Below are positions 30,378-39,715 of a stretch of DNA of 64,000 bases, piece by piece (positions within the stretch are counted from its first letter, which is position 1; each line of letters starts with the position of its first letter). Location: contig JBQTHX010000030.1 of assembly GCA_052389415.1 (NCBI GenBank), positions 1 through 64,000 on the forward strand, in the 5' to 3' direction. Source of the DNA: Nitrosopumilaceae archaeon. Lineage in GTDB: Archaea; Thermoproteota; Nitrososphaeria; Nitrososphaerales; Nitrosopumilaceae. Below the pieces are notes generated by a model that saw only the letters and a program-made list of their open reading frames with translations, made no database searches and was not told the origin of the DNA. The position numbers were made by a program, and so were the translations under genes.

Positions 30378-31984
30378 TGTATGCATATGAATTAGAAACA
30401 AATCCCTATCCTAGCAGTCCAACTCCTACAGAAAATGATGCTAGAATACTAGGTGGAAAAAGACACAAGGAAGCAAAGTCAGCTATTTTGGAATGCATCA
30501 AGGAATTATCGCAGAAAGTATCTGGTAGAGAATCAAATTCAGGAGATTTTAGAGTAATTACACTGATTCAAGACGTAGGTTCAGGAAAGACACACTTAGC
30601 TTTACACATTAGAAATCTACAAAATAGATACAATACGGCTTGTACATTTTTAGACCTTTCAACAATCTCCCCAAAAACTATGTCAAGCTTATATGATGCA
30701 CTGATTAAGGGTTTTGAAAATGAATTTTTCATTCAACTTAGAAAAAACCTTTTGGAATATCTAAGAGACAGGGCAGAACAAGGTGACAATTTTGCAAAAA
30801 AAGCAATAGATTATACTTTCATAGACAGATTTTCTGGTGTAACAATTCGAGAAACGACTGATGATATTATATCAGGAACAAAGAATGTATCTGTTGATCA
30901 TCTAAAAAAATTCTTGATACAATGGTTTAATCATCATGAATTAACAATTATTACGAACATAATAACAAATTCTTTTGATTCTATAAATAATCTCGAGGAA
31001 TTGCTTGGAAGAATGACGGCCATCTCAAAATTGTCACAGAGATTTCTTGGCAAAATCATTTTGTATGAAATAGATGAATTTGATGGAAATCACGAATCAA
31101 TTGAATTTGTGAAGGGCATAATAAATGCGCATATTCCAGCGTCAATAGTTTTACTCATTTCAACACCATCTGGCTATGCGGAAATTCAAAGCATGAATCC
31201 ATCGGTCTTTGATAGATTAGAAAAAGCTAATTATAAAATCGACTTGGTAGGTTCAAACTCTGAAGAGGAACTTTCAGAGATAGTCTTAGAATATATCAAA
31301 CACAACGACAAGAAAGAAAAATTCAAACAACAATCTCAAGACGATCTTGCAGAGAAGATAAACGTACTATATGATGAATTTCCAGATTTTAGAAGTGTGC
31401 GTTCAATCATAAATATACTGTATCATGCAATGGAAAAATCAAAGGAGCTAAACCTTACAAAGATTGATGAACATGTAATAGATGAAACCATAAAACACAC
31501 GTATCCTGGGTTGAGAGTGAGAGGGTGCGTGATGGATATTCCGATATCGGATTTCATAAAAATAAGAAGGAACTGTAATAATGAAGATGTAGGACCAAAA
31601 CTTAAGAATGCTGTTACAAATCTAGTTAATTTTGTTCATGAGATGGGTAGTATTGGGAAATTAGAAAAGCAAAATCACCCACTTGATGTAATTTACCAAG
31701 ATCCATATGGGGCAAAAATAGGTATAGCGGTAGTGATGAATCAAAATCACAGTAAGAATTTTGAGGAGATATCAAATGTTTCAAAATCCTCTGCACTTGT
31801 AGATAAACTCGTTATTCTCACCAATACAAGCGTTGCTAGTTCCAATTCAGCTACAATAATAACAGTAGACAAGTCTAAGATTGCAGATCTTATCTACTTT
31901 GATTCTAAATATACAAATCACAAAATCAAAAGTTCTGATAACGAGAAAGCTCAAATGCTTGCAAAGACTGTCAGTATCGTCTAG
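30377..31984 (+). CDS. Uncharacterised P-loop (AAA+/STAND-like) ATPase
   Basis: N-terminal NPYP, Walker A DVGSGKTH, Walker B LYEIDEFD, FDRL putative Arg finger, RSIIN. Confidence 0.82.
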   Translation: MYAYELETNPYPSSPTPTENDARILGGKRHKEAKSAILECIKELSQKVSGRESNSGDFRVITLIQDVGSGKTHLALHIRNLQNRYNTACTFLDLSTISPKTMSSLYDALIKGFENEFFIQLRKNLLEYLRDRAEQGDNFAKKAIDYTFIDRFSGVTIRETTDDIISGTKNVSVDHLKKFLIQWFNHHELTIITNIITNSFDSINNLEELLGRMTAISKLSQRFLGKIILYEIDEFDGNHESIEFVKGIINAHIPASIVLLISTPSGYAEIQSMNPSVFDRLEKANYKIDLVGSNSEEELSEIVLEYIKHNDKKEKFKQQSQDDLAEKINVLYDEFPDFRSVRSIINILYHAMEKSKELNLTKIDEHVIDETIKHTYPGLRVRGCVMDIPISDFIKIRRNCNNEDVGPKLKNAVTNLVNFVHEMGSIGKLEKQNHPLDVIYQDPYGAKIGIAVVMNQNHSKNFEEISNVSKSSALVDKLVILTNTSVASSNSATIITVDKSKIADLIYFDSKYTNHKIKSSDNEKAQMLAKTVSIV

Positions 31985-32044
31985 ATTCGATTTACCTGAT
32001 TTTATTCTATTCTAGAAAGATAAGATGCAACCATTTTTAAATAA

Positions 32045-33331
32045 ATGAGTTCCTTCGATTATATGCAAGAGTTTTTTCTTCAAATATCAAGTATTGAATT
32101 ACCAAAAGAAGATTTCATAGGTGATCTTGCAATAATTATGATTCTGGCGGCTATTGTGACACTTGCCTTTTTCAAAATTCGTCAGCCAATTATTATAGGA
32201 TACTTGTTTGCAGGAATGTTGATAGGACCTCTTTCTCCTCTTTGGGTTTCTCTCCTGCCTAGTGGAATATCCTCGTCATCTGGTATTGAAAACATCATAG
32301 CGCTTTCAGATCTCAAAATCTTAAACGTTTTTGCAGACATTGGAATAATTCTATTGCTGTTCGTAATTGGAATAGAATTTCCTATTGCAAAAATAAAATC
32401 CATAGGAAAAGTTGCAATAGGTATGGCAACAATAGAGCTCTTTCTAGCATTGGGAATTATTTTTTTCATAGGTGTATCGATTGGGCTCAATTTTATGGAT
32501 TCATTATTTCTAGCCGCGGCTCTTTCAATTAGCAGCACTGCTATAATAATCAAAATTCTTGAGGATATGGGAAAGATCAAAAAGGAATCAACAGTTTTAG
32601 TACTTGGTATCCTGATTGTGGAGGATGTAATTGCAGTAATCCTAATTGCATCTTTACAATCTATTGCACTAGTAAACAATGTATCATTCGAAAATATTAT
32701 TATCATAAGCGGAGTTGCAGCAGCATTGATAGTAGGTACTCTAACTGTAGGTGCTCGAGTAATTCCAAGATTAATTGATAGAGTAGCAAATACTGGGCAT
32801 CATGAAATTCTTTTAATCTCTGTACTTGGTCTATGTTTTGGATACGCTTTATTTTCTAACTTGGTTGGCTTATCGGTAGGAATAGGTGCGTTTTTGGCTG
32901 GTGTTCTTGTAGCTGAATCGAGATCTTCCGAAGTTTCCAAAGTTCTTGCTAGTCCAATTAAGGACATGTTTGTTGCAATATTCTTTGTTTCTGTAGGGGC
33001 TCTTATGGACATTAACCAGTTACAAAACTATATTGTAATTGCAATAATTTTCATGCTCATAGCTATATTGATCAAATTTGGTGGCACTTTGTTTGGTGGA
33101 TTCTTGTTTAGGCAAGGATTAAGCAAAACACTCCGTTCGTCAATATCTTTGTCTCCAAGGGGTGAATTTTCAATTATTATAGTAAAAGTTGGTGTAGACA
33201 TGGGTGCAATCAGCGCCTTCTTATTCCCTATGATAGGAATCATTTCAATAATAACGGCCTTCATAACACCATTTATGATTAAAACTGGAGACAAAACAAT
33301 CCTCAAAAATTCAATGGAACGTGAATTATGA
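32045..33331 (+). CDS. CPA2 (KefB-like) cation:proton antiporter
   Basis: ~12 TM helices; LLFVIGIEF, SISSTAII, IVED, GAFLAG, FFVSVG, PRGEFS. Confidence 0.9.
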   Translation: MSSFDYMQEFFLQISSIELPKEDFIGDLAIIMILAAIVTLAFFKIRQPIIIGYLFAGMLIGPLSPLWVSLLPSGISSSSGIENIIALSDLKILNVFADIGIILLLFVIGIEFPIAKIKSIGKVAIGMATIELFLALGIIFFIGVSIGLNFMDSLFLAAALSISSTAIIIKILEDMGKIKKESTVLVLGILIVEDVIAVILIASLQSIALVNNVSFENIIIISGVAAALIVGTLTVGARVIPRLIDRVANTGHHEILLISVLGLCFGYALFSNLVGLSVGIGAFLAGVLVAESRSSEVSKVLASPIKDMFVAIFFVSVGALMDINQLQNYIVIAIIFMLIAILIKFGGTLFGGFLFRQGLSKTLRSSISLSPRGEFSIIIVKVGVDMGAISAFLFPMIGIISIITAFITPFMIKTGDKTILKNSMEREL

Positions 33332-33753
33332 CTTCTGATGAGATGGAAAGACTTCTTGCAAAAGTTCACAAGGGTATAACATTATTCGATTATAGCGGAA
33401 CTAAAGTTCCTTGTATAATATTTGAAGAGAAGAAATTTGATGACATCATGAAAGCAATAGCTGGAAAGCCAGTCTCAGTTGAAACTAATCTCAACATTCT
33501 TCAAGATGGATTGGGACACGTGTTTGTTGAAATTTTACTAAATTTTTCATCCGGTGGATTTGAAGAAAAATTATTGTTATATGCAAACGATTCGATTGAA
33601 TTCTTTGAATCTCTTGAAAACTCCTCCATGCTTGCACTATCTTCACCACATTCAGAATATGGAAAATCAAATGTCTTTATGATTCAACTTCCAAAACAGG
33701 ATAGAATCAATAATGCATTAGATATAATTAGAAAAGGCATTAAAAAAGACTGA
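33328..33753 (+). CDS. Hypothetical protein
   Basis: 141-aa ORF with ATGA overlap to the antiporter gene. Confidence 0.72.
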   Translation: MTSDEMERLLAKVHKGITLFDYSGTKVPCIIFEEKKFDDIMKAIAGKPVSVETNLNILQDGLGHVFVEILLNFSSGGFEEKLLLYANDSIEFFESLENSSMLALSSPHSEYGKSNVFMIQLPKQDRINNALDIIRKGIKKD

Positions 33754-33755
33754 AA

Positions 33756-33829
33756 TGCGGTTGCCGGGATTTGAACCCGGGTCGCGGAATTGGCAATCCC
33801 GCATATTAACCAAGCTGTACTACAACCGC
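33756..33829 (-). tRNA. tRNA-Gly(GCC)
   Basis: Reverse complement GCGGTTG...GCGGGA TT GCC AA TTCCGC...GGGTTCAAATCCC...CAACCGCA forms a cloverleaf; no intron. Confidence 0.95.
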
Positions 33830-33911
33830 TTAAACGATTTAAAAAATTCTAGTCTATTAAAGCGTACTGGTTGGCAACACTATTTTTAATATCGATTTAG
33901 CTAGATAAAAC

Positions 33912-34187
33912 GTGGATCCAAAACTAGTAGAAAAAATCAACCAGAAGATCAGAGAAGTTGCTGAAAACTCTGACGAAATTTTAAAAATAATAAATTCACT
34001 TGAAAAATTGCGGACTAGCTCGGATTCATTTGGCTATGGTATAGCCGTGGGCAGACTTTACAATTCGTTTTACTATCAATGTAGACGAATTCTTAAGCGT
34101 AATCCTTCAAAAGAAGAATTTTTGGAATTTCTTGATATTATAAACAAAAGACAAAAAGAAATTCTTGATGCACTAAAACTAAGTTAG
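33912..34187 (+). CDS. Hypothetical protein
   Basis: 91 aa, FGYGIAVGRLYNSFYYQCRRILKRNP; convergent overlap with rpl10e. Confidence 0.72.
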   Translation: MDPKLVEKINQKIREVAENSDEILKIINSLEKLRTSSDSFGYGIAVGRLYNSFYYQCRRILKRNPSKEEFLEFLDIINKRQKEILDALKLS

Positions 34188-34684
34188 TGAGCCTTTAAAG
34201 GGAATACTTTGATTGTCGGCGTAACGGGCAATTTCACACATGCTCCATGCAGAGCCTTTTTTGCAACTTCAAGATGTTCCTTTTTAACATAGACTTCCAT
34301 AATGCACTGACCAGCGTTGATGCGTGCAGCTAAACTTACTGCTTTTCCAAAAGCTCCTCGCATGCCTTCTTGGAGTCTGTCTGCTCCAGCAGTTGCGATC
34401 ATCTTATTTTCTCTAAGTAAAACATGTGGATAGACTCGAAGGATGGAAAAGTAGCCCATTTCTCCTGCTACCTTCTCAATTGCCTTGTTTGCCGCAAGCC
34501 TTGCTGATTCTATTGCCATATGTCTTACCTGCATTTTCTCATTTGAACAGAGCTGGACACAATAATCATAATCGGCTCTTTGACCACTAGCGAATTTGGC
34601 TATTTTTATCTGAGGTTTACCCTTGATGTACTGCTTTCTCGTATACGGTTGACCATTACCAGTTCGATAGTTTGCGCCGTGCAT
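34184..34684 (-). CDS. rpl10e: 50S ribosomal protein L10e (uL16)
   Basis: PYTRKQY, RVYPHVLLRENKM, GADRLQEGMRGAFGK. Confidence 0.96.
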   Translation of the reverse strand: MHGANYRTGNGQPYTRKQYIKGKPQIKIAKFASGQRADYDYCVQLCSNEKMQVRHMAIESARLAANKAIEKVAGEMGYFSILRVYPHVLLRENKMIATAGADRLQEGMRGAFGKAVSLAARINAGQCIMEVYVKKEHLEVAKKALHGACVKLPVTPTIKVFPLKAH

Positions 34685-34820
34685 AACAACACTTTTGAAT
34701 GCTTATCATGCCCATATTTTAACCGTGAGATTTTTATGAAACATTTTGTTTACAGTGCAATCTAAAAAATCTGTTGAGACGTAGTCTTATATTGTCATTA
34801 ATGTCTATCTTGTAACCGTT

Positions 34821-35390
34821 ATGTCTGATATTGAGTTCAAAGTTGAAGGAGTGTTAGTGAAAGATCACACTTTGATATCAGACAAGAATACACAAAACAG
34901 TCTAGAGCTAAAAGGCTTTGGTGAAACTATCAAGAAAAAATTTTTCTTAAAACCATTTGAATCACTATATCTTTTGTATGCTGACAAGCTTAAACTAACA
35001 AAAGGAAAGCAACAGGTTAACTTTGATTTTATGATGCAAGAGTGTATAAAATTTGATAATGATGCACTCACAAAATTTCTAATTTACCGTGATTTGCGAA
35101 CAAGGGGATACATAGCAAAAGATGGCTTTGGGTTTGGTTCGGATTTTAGGGTGTATGAGAGGGGCCAGTTTGGTGAAAAAGCAGCCAAGTATGTGGTGTT
35201 TGGGTTAAGTGAGGGAAAACGAGAAAAGATGGGTTTGCTACAAAAGCAGATAGAACAAATAACAACCATGGGAAAAGAACCGGTTATTGCCGTAATTGAG
35301 AGGCGCGGTGAGGTGATTTACTACAAAATTTCAAGAATAAAGTTTCTTGAAAACAAGGACCAACAAGAGCTATCTCCAGTAGAATTCTGA
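34821..35390 (+). CDS. endA: tRNA-intron endonuclease subunit (probably the non-catalytic structural subunit)
   Basis: ESLYL, IYRDLRTRGY, FGSDFRVYERG; no His at the expected catalytic position. Confidence 0.82.
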   Translation: MSDIEFKVEGVLVKDHTLISDKNTQNSLELKGFGETIKKKFFLKPFESLYLLYADKLKLTKGKQQVNFDFMMQECIKFDNDALTKFLIYRDLRTRGYIAKDGFGFGSDFRVYERGQFGEKAAKYVVFGLSEGKREKMGLLQKQIEQITTMGKEPVIAVIERRGEVIYYKISRIKFLENKDQQELSPVEF

Positions 35391-35427
35391 CTTTATCTTA
35401 AAATATTATAAAATATCCTTCATACAC

Positions 35428-35598
35428 GTGGCGTTCAAGGAAATATACTGTCATAACTGCAAAAAGAGTTTAGGCAGATATAACGAGAAATATTTTTCAG
35501 ATATGAAGATAGCTGAAATAATAAAGGCAAACTACTCCTCACACATTCATGAAGGCCACCATATGGTCATAAGAAAAATTACTCCAGAAAATGGCTGA
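35428..35598 (+). CDS. 56-aa C2H2-like zinc-binding microprotein (not in ORF track)
   Basis: GTG start; MAFKEIYCHNCKKSLGRYNEKYFSDMKIAEIIKANYSSHIHEGHHMVIRKITPENG*; AT-rich TATA-like box ~23 nt upstream. Confidence 0.68.
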   Translation: MAFKEIYCHNCKKSLGRYNEKYFSDMKIAEIIKANYSSHIHEGHHMVIRKITPENG

Positions 35599-35659
35599 TG
35601 CCACACATATTGCTAGTTGATTTTAAACGCATACATGCCAATTATAGAATTTAAATTTT

Positions 35660-35695
35660 TAGTACGAATCATTCGTACTACTTAATTATAATTAA
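35660..35695. promoter_or_regulatory. Perfect palindrome (putative operator) abutting a TATA-like element
   Basis: TAGTACGAAT-C-ATTCGTACTA (35660..35680) followed by self-complementary TTAATTATAATTAA (35682..35695), upstream of the ATG at 35711. Confidence 0.6.
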
Positions 35696-35710
35696 CATTC
35701 TCGAATTCTA

Positions 35711-36367
35711 ATGCCAGATGAATCTTGTAGAACATGTGGAGGAGTGCTAATCTCGTGCTCTATGTGCCCAGAATGTAGGAAGATAATACAATGGATCTGT
35801 AGACAGTGTGGCTCAAAGACCGCAGAACAGTTTCATGATCGTTGCCTGTACATAGAATCAATTACATCAAGAAACGGTATGGAGATGGAAGTTGTGATAT
35901 CACCTCAATTAGGCCATAAATCTAGCATATATAGGAATAATAGCAAAAATCATACGTTACGTGATTCACTGCTAGTTTTCGGCGTTGTTGGATTTTTTGT
36001 TTTAGGGGTTGCTTTTGCAAGCTACTCTGATCTGTTTGAAAGTCTGACTGGTGAGGCTCAGACAATCAAGCCAACTATATTGAAAGATGGAACATTAGAA
36101 TACCACAACAAGCACTTTGATACAGTTTATGAAAATTGTTTAGGTGATGGGGCTGCACAATCTATAACAGTTACCTGTCCAAATGGAAAAGGCTCTGTCT
36201 ACAAGGCAATCCTCGCTATGCCACACGAACTGGCAGCCAAATTCGCAAATGACATTTTCTCTATACGTGGTATTTCTTTAAATGAGAGCTCAGATGGCTC
36301 TGTTATCTTGGAATATGTGAACAAATTTTACAGCACTAGCTTTTTAGAAACTGAAGGCAAAGTCTAG
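35711..36367 (+). CDS. Double zinc-ribbon, single-TM hypothetical protein
   Basis: CRTC..CPEC..CRQC..HDRC at the N-terminus; TM helix LLVFGVVGFFVLGVAFA; C-terminal domain with a Cys pair. Confidence 0.75.
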   Translation: MPDESCRTCGGVLISCSMCPECRKIIQWICRQCGSKTAEQFHDRCLYIESITSRNGMEMEVVISPQLGHKSSIYRNNSKNHTLRDSLLVFGVVGFFVLGVAFASYSDLFESLTGEAQTIKPTILKDGTLEYHNKHFDTVYENCLGDGAAQSITVTCPNGKGSVYKAILAMPHELAAKFANDIFSIRGISLNESSDGSVILEYVNKFYSTSFLETEGKV

Positions 36368-36534
36368 GACAATAGGCATAATTCACAATCACATAATGTT
36401 TTTTGATCGTTTTTAGCAAGACACTTGCTATGTTGTCCTGCTTGGCATTGAACGCAGATTGCGTTTTTATTTTCTAATTCCGAATATTTGGGAGCACCAT
36501 CAAATCCAAAGCCACCATCTTTTGGTCCAACCAC
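36364..36534 (-). CDS. 56-aa Cys-rich microprotein (not in ORF track)
   Basis: GTG start; MVGPKDGGFGFDGAPKYSELENKNAICVQCQAGQHSKCLAKNDQKTLCDCELCLLS*; overlaps the stop codon of the convergent gene. Confidence 0.65.
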   Translation of the reverse strand: MVGPKDGGFGFDGAPKYSELENKNAICVQCQAGQHSKCLAKNDQKTLCDCELCLLS

Positions 36535-36592
36535 ATACAGTATTGCTTTTTACTAGTATTTTTGCATGCTCGTTGAATTATAAAAAATCTAG

Positions 36593-36668
36593 TGCTCCCG
36601 CCGGGATTTGAACCCGGGATCACCGCCTTGAGAGGGCGGTATGCTTAGCCGGACTACACCACAGGAGC
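36593..36668 (-). tRNA. tRNA-Glu(CTC)
   Basis: Reverse complement GCTCCTG...CCGCC CT CTC AA GGCGG...GGGTTCAAATCCC...CGGGAGCA forms a cloverleaf. Confidence 0.95.
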
Positions 36669-36779
36669 TTGCTAAATGCCATAAGGAATTAGCAATTTAA
36701 AGCAATGTTTTAGCATTACATGGATTTGTAAAATTTAACAGCTTGGATACTTTATACCAAAAATCAAATAATTATTTTT

Positions 36780-37658
36780 ATGGATGTAAAAAATATAATT
36801 CCAAAACTATCGACTACGAATTTTCCAGTTGGACTTGGTGGCTGTAGAAGTAACGGTACTAGCTTTGAATGTTGCGAATACAATGTCACTATCTTCGACG
36901 AAAAAAAAGGCGAGTCTGTGCATGAAATTGATGGCGAATTAATCAAACTTCATCATGCTTCGCTTGCCGAGACTGATCCTGCAATTTTAAAACAATTTGA
37001 AAATTTATGTGTATTATCGGATGATCAATGGAAACTACGCATATTTTTATCAGAAATTAAAAAAAAAGAAATCAAAATCTCAGATTCTTATACTCAAAAC
37101 TGTTTAGTTGATGCTGGAATATGTGCTACAAAAGCAAGGGAAGGAGTAAGAAGATCGGATCCATTAGCGCCAATATGGGTAAAATGCAGTGCATATTTTC
37201 TATCAGATGCAATTTCATTACTTAATTATAAAAGACCAAGCCCTACACACATGTTGGAATCATTACGCAGATTCGAAAAAAATAGAATAAATAAAAATTT
37301 TGATACAGTCCACGAGTGCCTAGGAATCGAGAGAGCATCTACCTCTCTTCTACAAAGAATGCTCAAGTCTACCATGGGATTCTCTGATATCGTAGAAGCT
37401 AATGGTAATTCAAAAACTATAGAAGGAAAATATAATTATCTAATAAAAAATTCGTTTCTTTCTGATTGTTATTTCTATCTTGGCTATACAAATAGAAACA
37501 ATATAATTAAAATCAGAGATTCATTGCATAAAAAAACAGATTTTATTCACATTCTTAGAGTTGGATTAGACATTGAAAATGATCCATTAATTGTGGAAAA
37601 TCAAGCTACACTCCTTTTAAAAACAACAAATGAAATTCTATCATTTATTAAAAATTAA
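36780..37658 (+). CDS. Hypothetical protein, possibly a degenerate nucleotidyltransferase fold plus a helical domain
   Basis: 292-aa ORF; N-terminal VGLGGCRS...CEYNVTIFD resembles a degenerate Pol-beta G[GS]..DxD segment. Confidence 0.65.
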   Translation: MDVKNIIPKLSTTNFPVGLGGCRSNGTSFECCEYNVTIFDEKKGESVHEIDGELIKLHHASLAETDPAILKQFENLCVLSDDQWKLRIFLSEIKKKEIKISDSYTQNCLVDAGICATKAREGVRRSDPLAPIWVKCSAYFLSDAISLLNYKRPSPTHMLESLRRFEKNRINKNFDTVHECLGIERASTSLLQRMLKSTMGFSDIVEANGNSKTIEGKYNYLIKNSFLSDCYFYLGYTNRNNIIKIRDSLHKKTDFIHILRVGLDIENDPLIVENQATLLLKTTNEILSFIKN

Positions 37659-37724
37659 GATATTATAACGGCGTTTTTTATTTTTTAATAAACCTTTAAA
37701 ACCCAGTGGGAGATCACAATCTAT

Positions 37725-37868
37725 ATGACAGATGCCGCTTGTGGATGCGACGCCTCCGCGGATGGGGGAAATGAATGCGATTGTCAAATGCAAGGAGAAT
37801 GTTATTGTGACGCTAATTGTACTTGCAAACAACAAGTGTGTAAAGAAAACGTAAAACAGTACAAGTAG
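37725..37868 (+). CDS. 47-aa metallothionein-like protein (not in ORF track)
   Basis: MTDAACGCDASADGGNECDCQMQGECYCDANCTCKQQVCKENVKQYK*: 9 Cys with four CxC motifs; TTTAAAA box 24 nt upstream; T-rich tract downstream. Confidence 0.75.
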   Translation: MTDAACGCDASADGGNECDCQMQGECYCDANCTCKQQVCKENVKQYK

Positions 37869-37879
37869 ATTTTCGCTGC

Positions 37880-37900
37880 TCCCTTTCTTTTCTTTTTTAA
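37880..37900 (+). terminator. Archaeal oligo-T terminator
   Basis: CCCTTTCTTTTCTTTTTT immediately after the metallothionein-like ORF, between convergent genes. Confidence 0.5.
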
Positions 37901-37907
37901 TAAAAGA

Positions 37908-38078
37908 TTACTTTTCCTCTTCCTCTTCAAGATCCCATGATTTTACTAATTCCTTTTGGAATTTGTCTACCTGTTTTTCATTCAAATGATCTCCACAATT
38001 TTTATGGGTAGGAACAACAGTCATACCGTCAAGTTTGAATTCAACTTCATAAAGATGCACTTTATCGCATTCACACAT
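37908..38078 (-). CDS. 56-aa microprotein with CxC...HxxC motif and acidic tail (not in ORF track)
   Basis: MCECDKVHLYEVEFKLDGMTVVPTHKNCGDHLNEKQVDKFQKELVKSWDLEEEEEK*. Confidence 0.68.
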   Translation of the reverse strand: MCECDKVHLYEVEFKLDGMTVVPTHKNCGDHLNEKQVDKFQKELVKSWDLEEEEEK

Positions 38079-38153
38079 GTCCGAAATATTAGTCTACCAG
38101 TATATTTGCCTATTTGAAAGATTTAACTATAGGATTTAGATTTATGGAGTTAC

Positions 38154-39698
38154 TTGAAAAAGAATTTAACAATTATTCTTTTTACAATTTTGCTTGTTTT
38201 TCCAATTGGAATTAAGACCTCGTTCGCCGCTGATACTTGGTATGCTGGTGAGGGATTAAAACAAGGCGACTTTTTTAGGTACAATCTATGTCACGTAGAT
38301 CTGGATTCATGCACACCATTTGAGATGGATTTTTGGGTGGAAGGTAAAACAGAGCATGGTGAATGGGATCTTAAAGTACTTGTAATTGATGGCAACAAAA
38401 GAGTCAGAGGTGATATTGAGATTGGCAGAGTTGCGCCAGAACCCCTTGTTGTTAGTAAAGGATTAGAAAGTTATGCTTCTGCGTATAAATCATCAATTGT
38501 TTGGTTATCAGCTTTTGCGACTCGAATTGAACCACAAGACTTTGCTGCCCCAGCTTGGGGTAAGATTGGTTCAATTGGCGGCATGGAAGTTGGTCCACGT
38601 GGAGTTCAGGAGACGGTAATTGTTGAAGCGGGGTCCTTTGACACTCATCTGATTGGTTGGCATAAATCTACTGACAACAAGATTTGGGTAAAAGACGATT
38701 TTCCCTTTCCAATTAAAGCACTCACTTTCGTTGATGTGAGCAGCGGAACTATACCAATTCAATTTCAGTTTGAACTACTAGAGTATGGTAATACTGCGAA
38801 TCCGCCTGACTTTATTGATGACGGTAATACAATACCAGAGCCAATTGATGATGAATGCCCAAAAGATAATTCGGTAAAACAGGGACATGATAGTCTTGAT
38901 TCTCATGGAATGGTTCTGTCATACGGTTATACGCCAGAAATTCCAAAAAGCGGGTGTGAAATCATATGGACCATAGAATTTCAAAAAACATTCGATGTAA
39001 ACCAATTTGAATCAGATGTTCACTATGACATATTTGTCGTAGATGACAATGGTGATTATTTAAGATCCCTCTCTCAAGAAAAAGGTAGTGACCATCTTTT
39101 TGCACCAGTTGGGAAAGAATTTAGGAAGATGGATGTAAAGGAACCACCAGGAAAAGCACATTATGTCATCCATGTTTATGGAACAGGTCCAGATGGAACT
39201 GCTCCAGACGCAACAAAAAGTGGTAGCTTAAAAATTGATATCGATATAGGAAAAGGTTCCGGTACTGTTACTACTCCAGTGAAAAAACCAAACCCTCCCA
39301 TGAAAATTACTATTGACATGCCTGAAGGGGCAGCAAACATAGAAAATGAGGTATTCTATGCTCCTTCAGATACATATGTTACGCCAGGTTCTACAATCAC
39401 TTGGACTAACAGTGATACCGCAGCTCATACAGTCACAAGTGGAAGCCCAACAGATGGACCAGATAATAAGTTTGACAGTGGACTGTTTGGTCCCGGAAAG
39501 AAATTTGAAACTGTACTTGTTGAAAAAGGAACTTACTCTTATTTCTGCCAAGTTCATCCTTGGATGACTGGTTCTATAACGGTTGATCCTGCGGCAATTC
39601 CAGAATTTCCAATAAGTGTAATGATAATCTTGACCTTGGTTATTACGGCAAGTGTTGTAATCTCGAAATTTAAAAACATACCTAGTCCTAAACTATAA
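38154..39698 (+). CDS. Multidomain surface protein with a type-1 blue-copper (plastocyanin-like) domain and PEF-CTERM-like sorting signal
   Basis: Signal peptide; AAHTVTSG...YFCQVHPWM (His/Cys/His/Met ligands); C-terminal IPEFP + TM helix + Lys residues. Confidence 0.87.
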   Translation: MKKNLTIILFTILLVFPIGIKTSFAADTWYAGEGLKQGDFFRYNLCHVDLDSCTPFEMDFWVEGKTEHGEWDLKVLVIDGNKRVRGDIEIGRVAPEPLVVSKGLESYASAYKSSIVWLSAFATRIEPQDFAAPAWGKIGSIGGMEVGPRGVQETVIVEAGSFDTHLIGWHKSTDNKIWVKDDFPFPIKALTFVDVSSGTIPIQFQFELLEYGNTANPPDFIDDGNTIPEPIDDECPKDNSVKQGHDSLDSHGMVLSYGYTPEIPKSGCEIIWTIEFQKTFDVNQFESDVHYDIFVVDDNGDYLRSLSQEKGSDHLFAPVGKEFRKMDVKEPPGKAHYVIHVYGTGPDGTAPDATKSGSLKIDIDIGKGSGTVTTPVKKPNPPMKITIDMPEGAANIENEVFYAPSDTYVTPGSTITWTNSDTAAHTVTSGSPTDGPDNKFDSGLFGPGKKFETVLVEKGTYSYFCQVHPWMTGSITVDPAAIPEFPISVMIILTLVITASVVISKFKNIPSPKL

Positions 39699-39715
39699 CC
39701 AAAAATTAAGTATAA

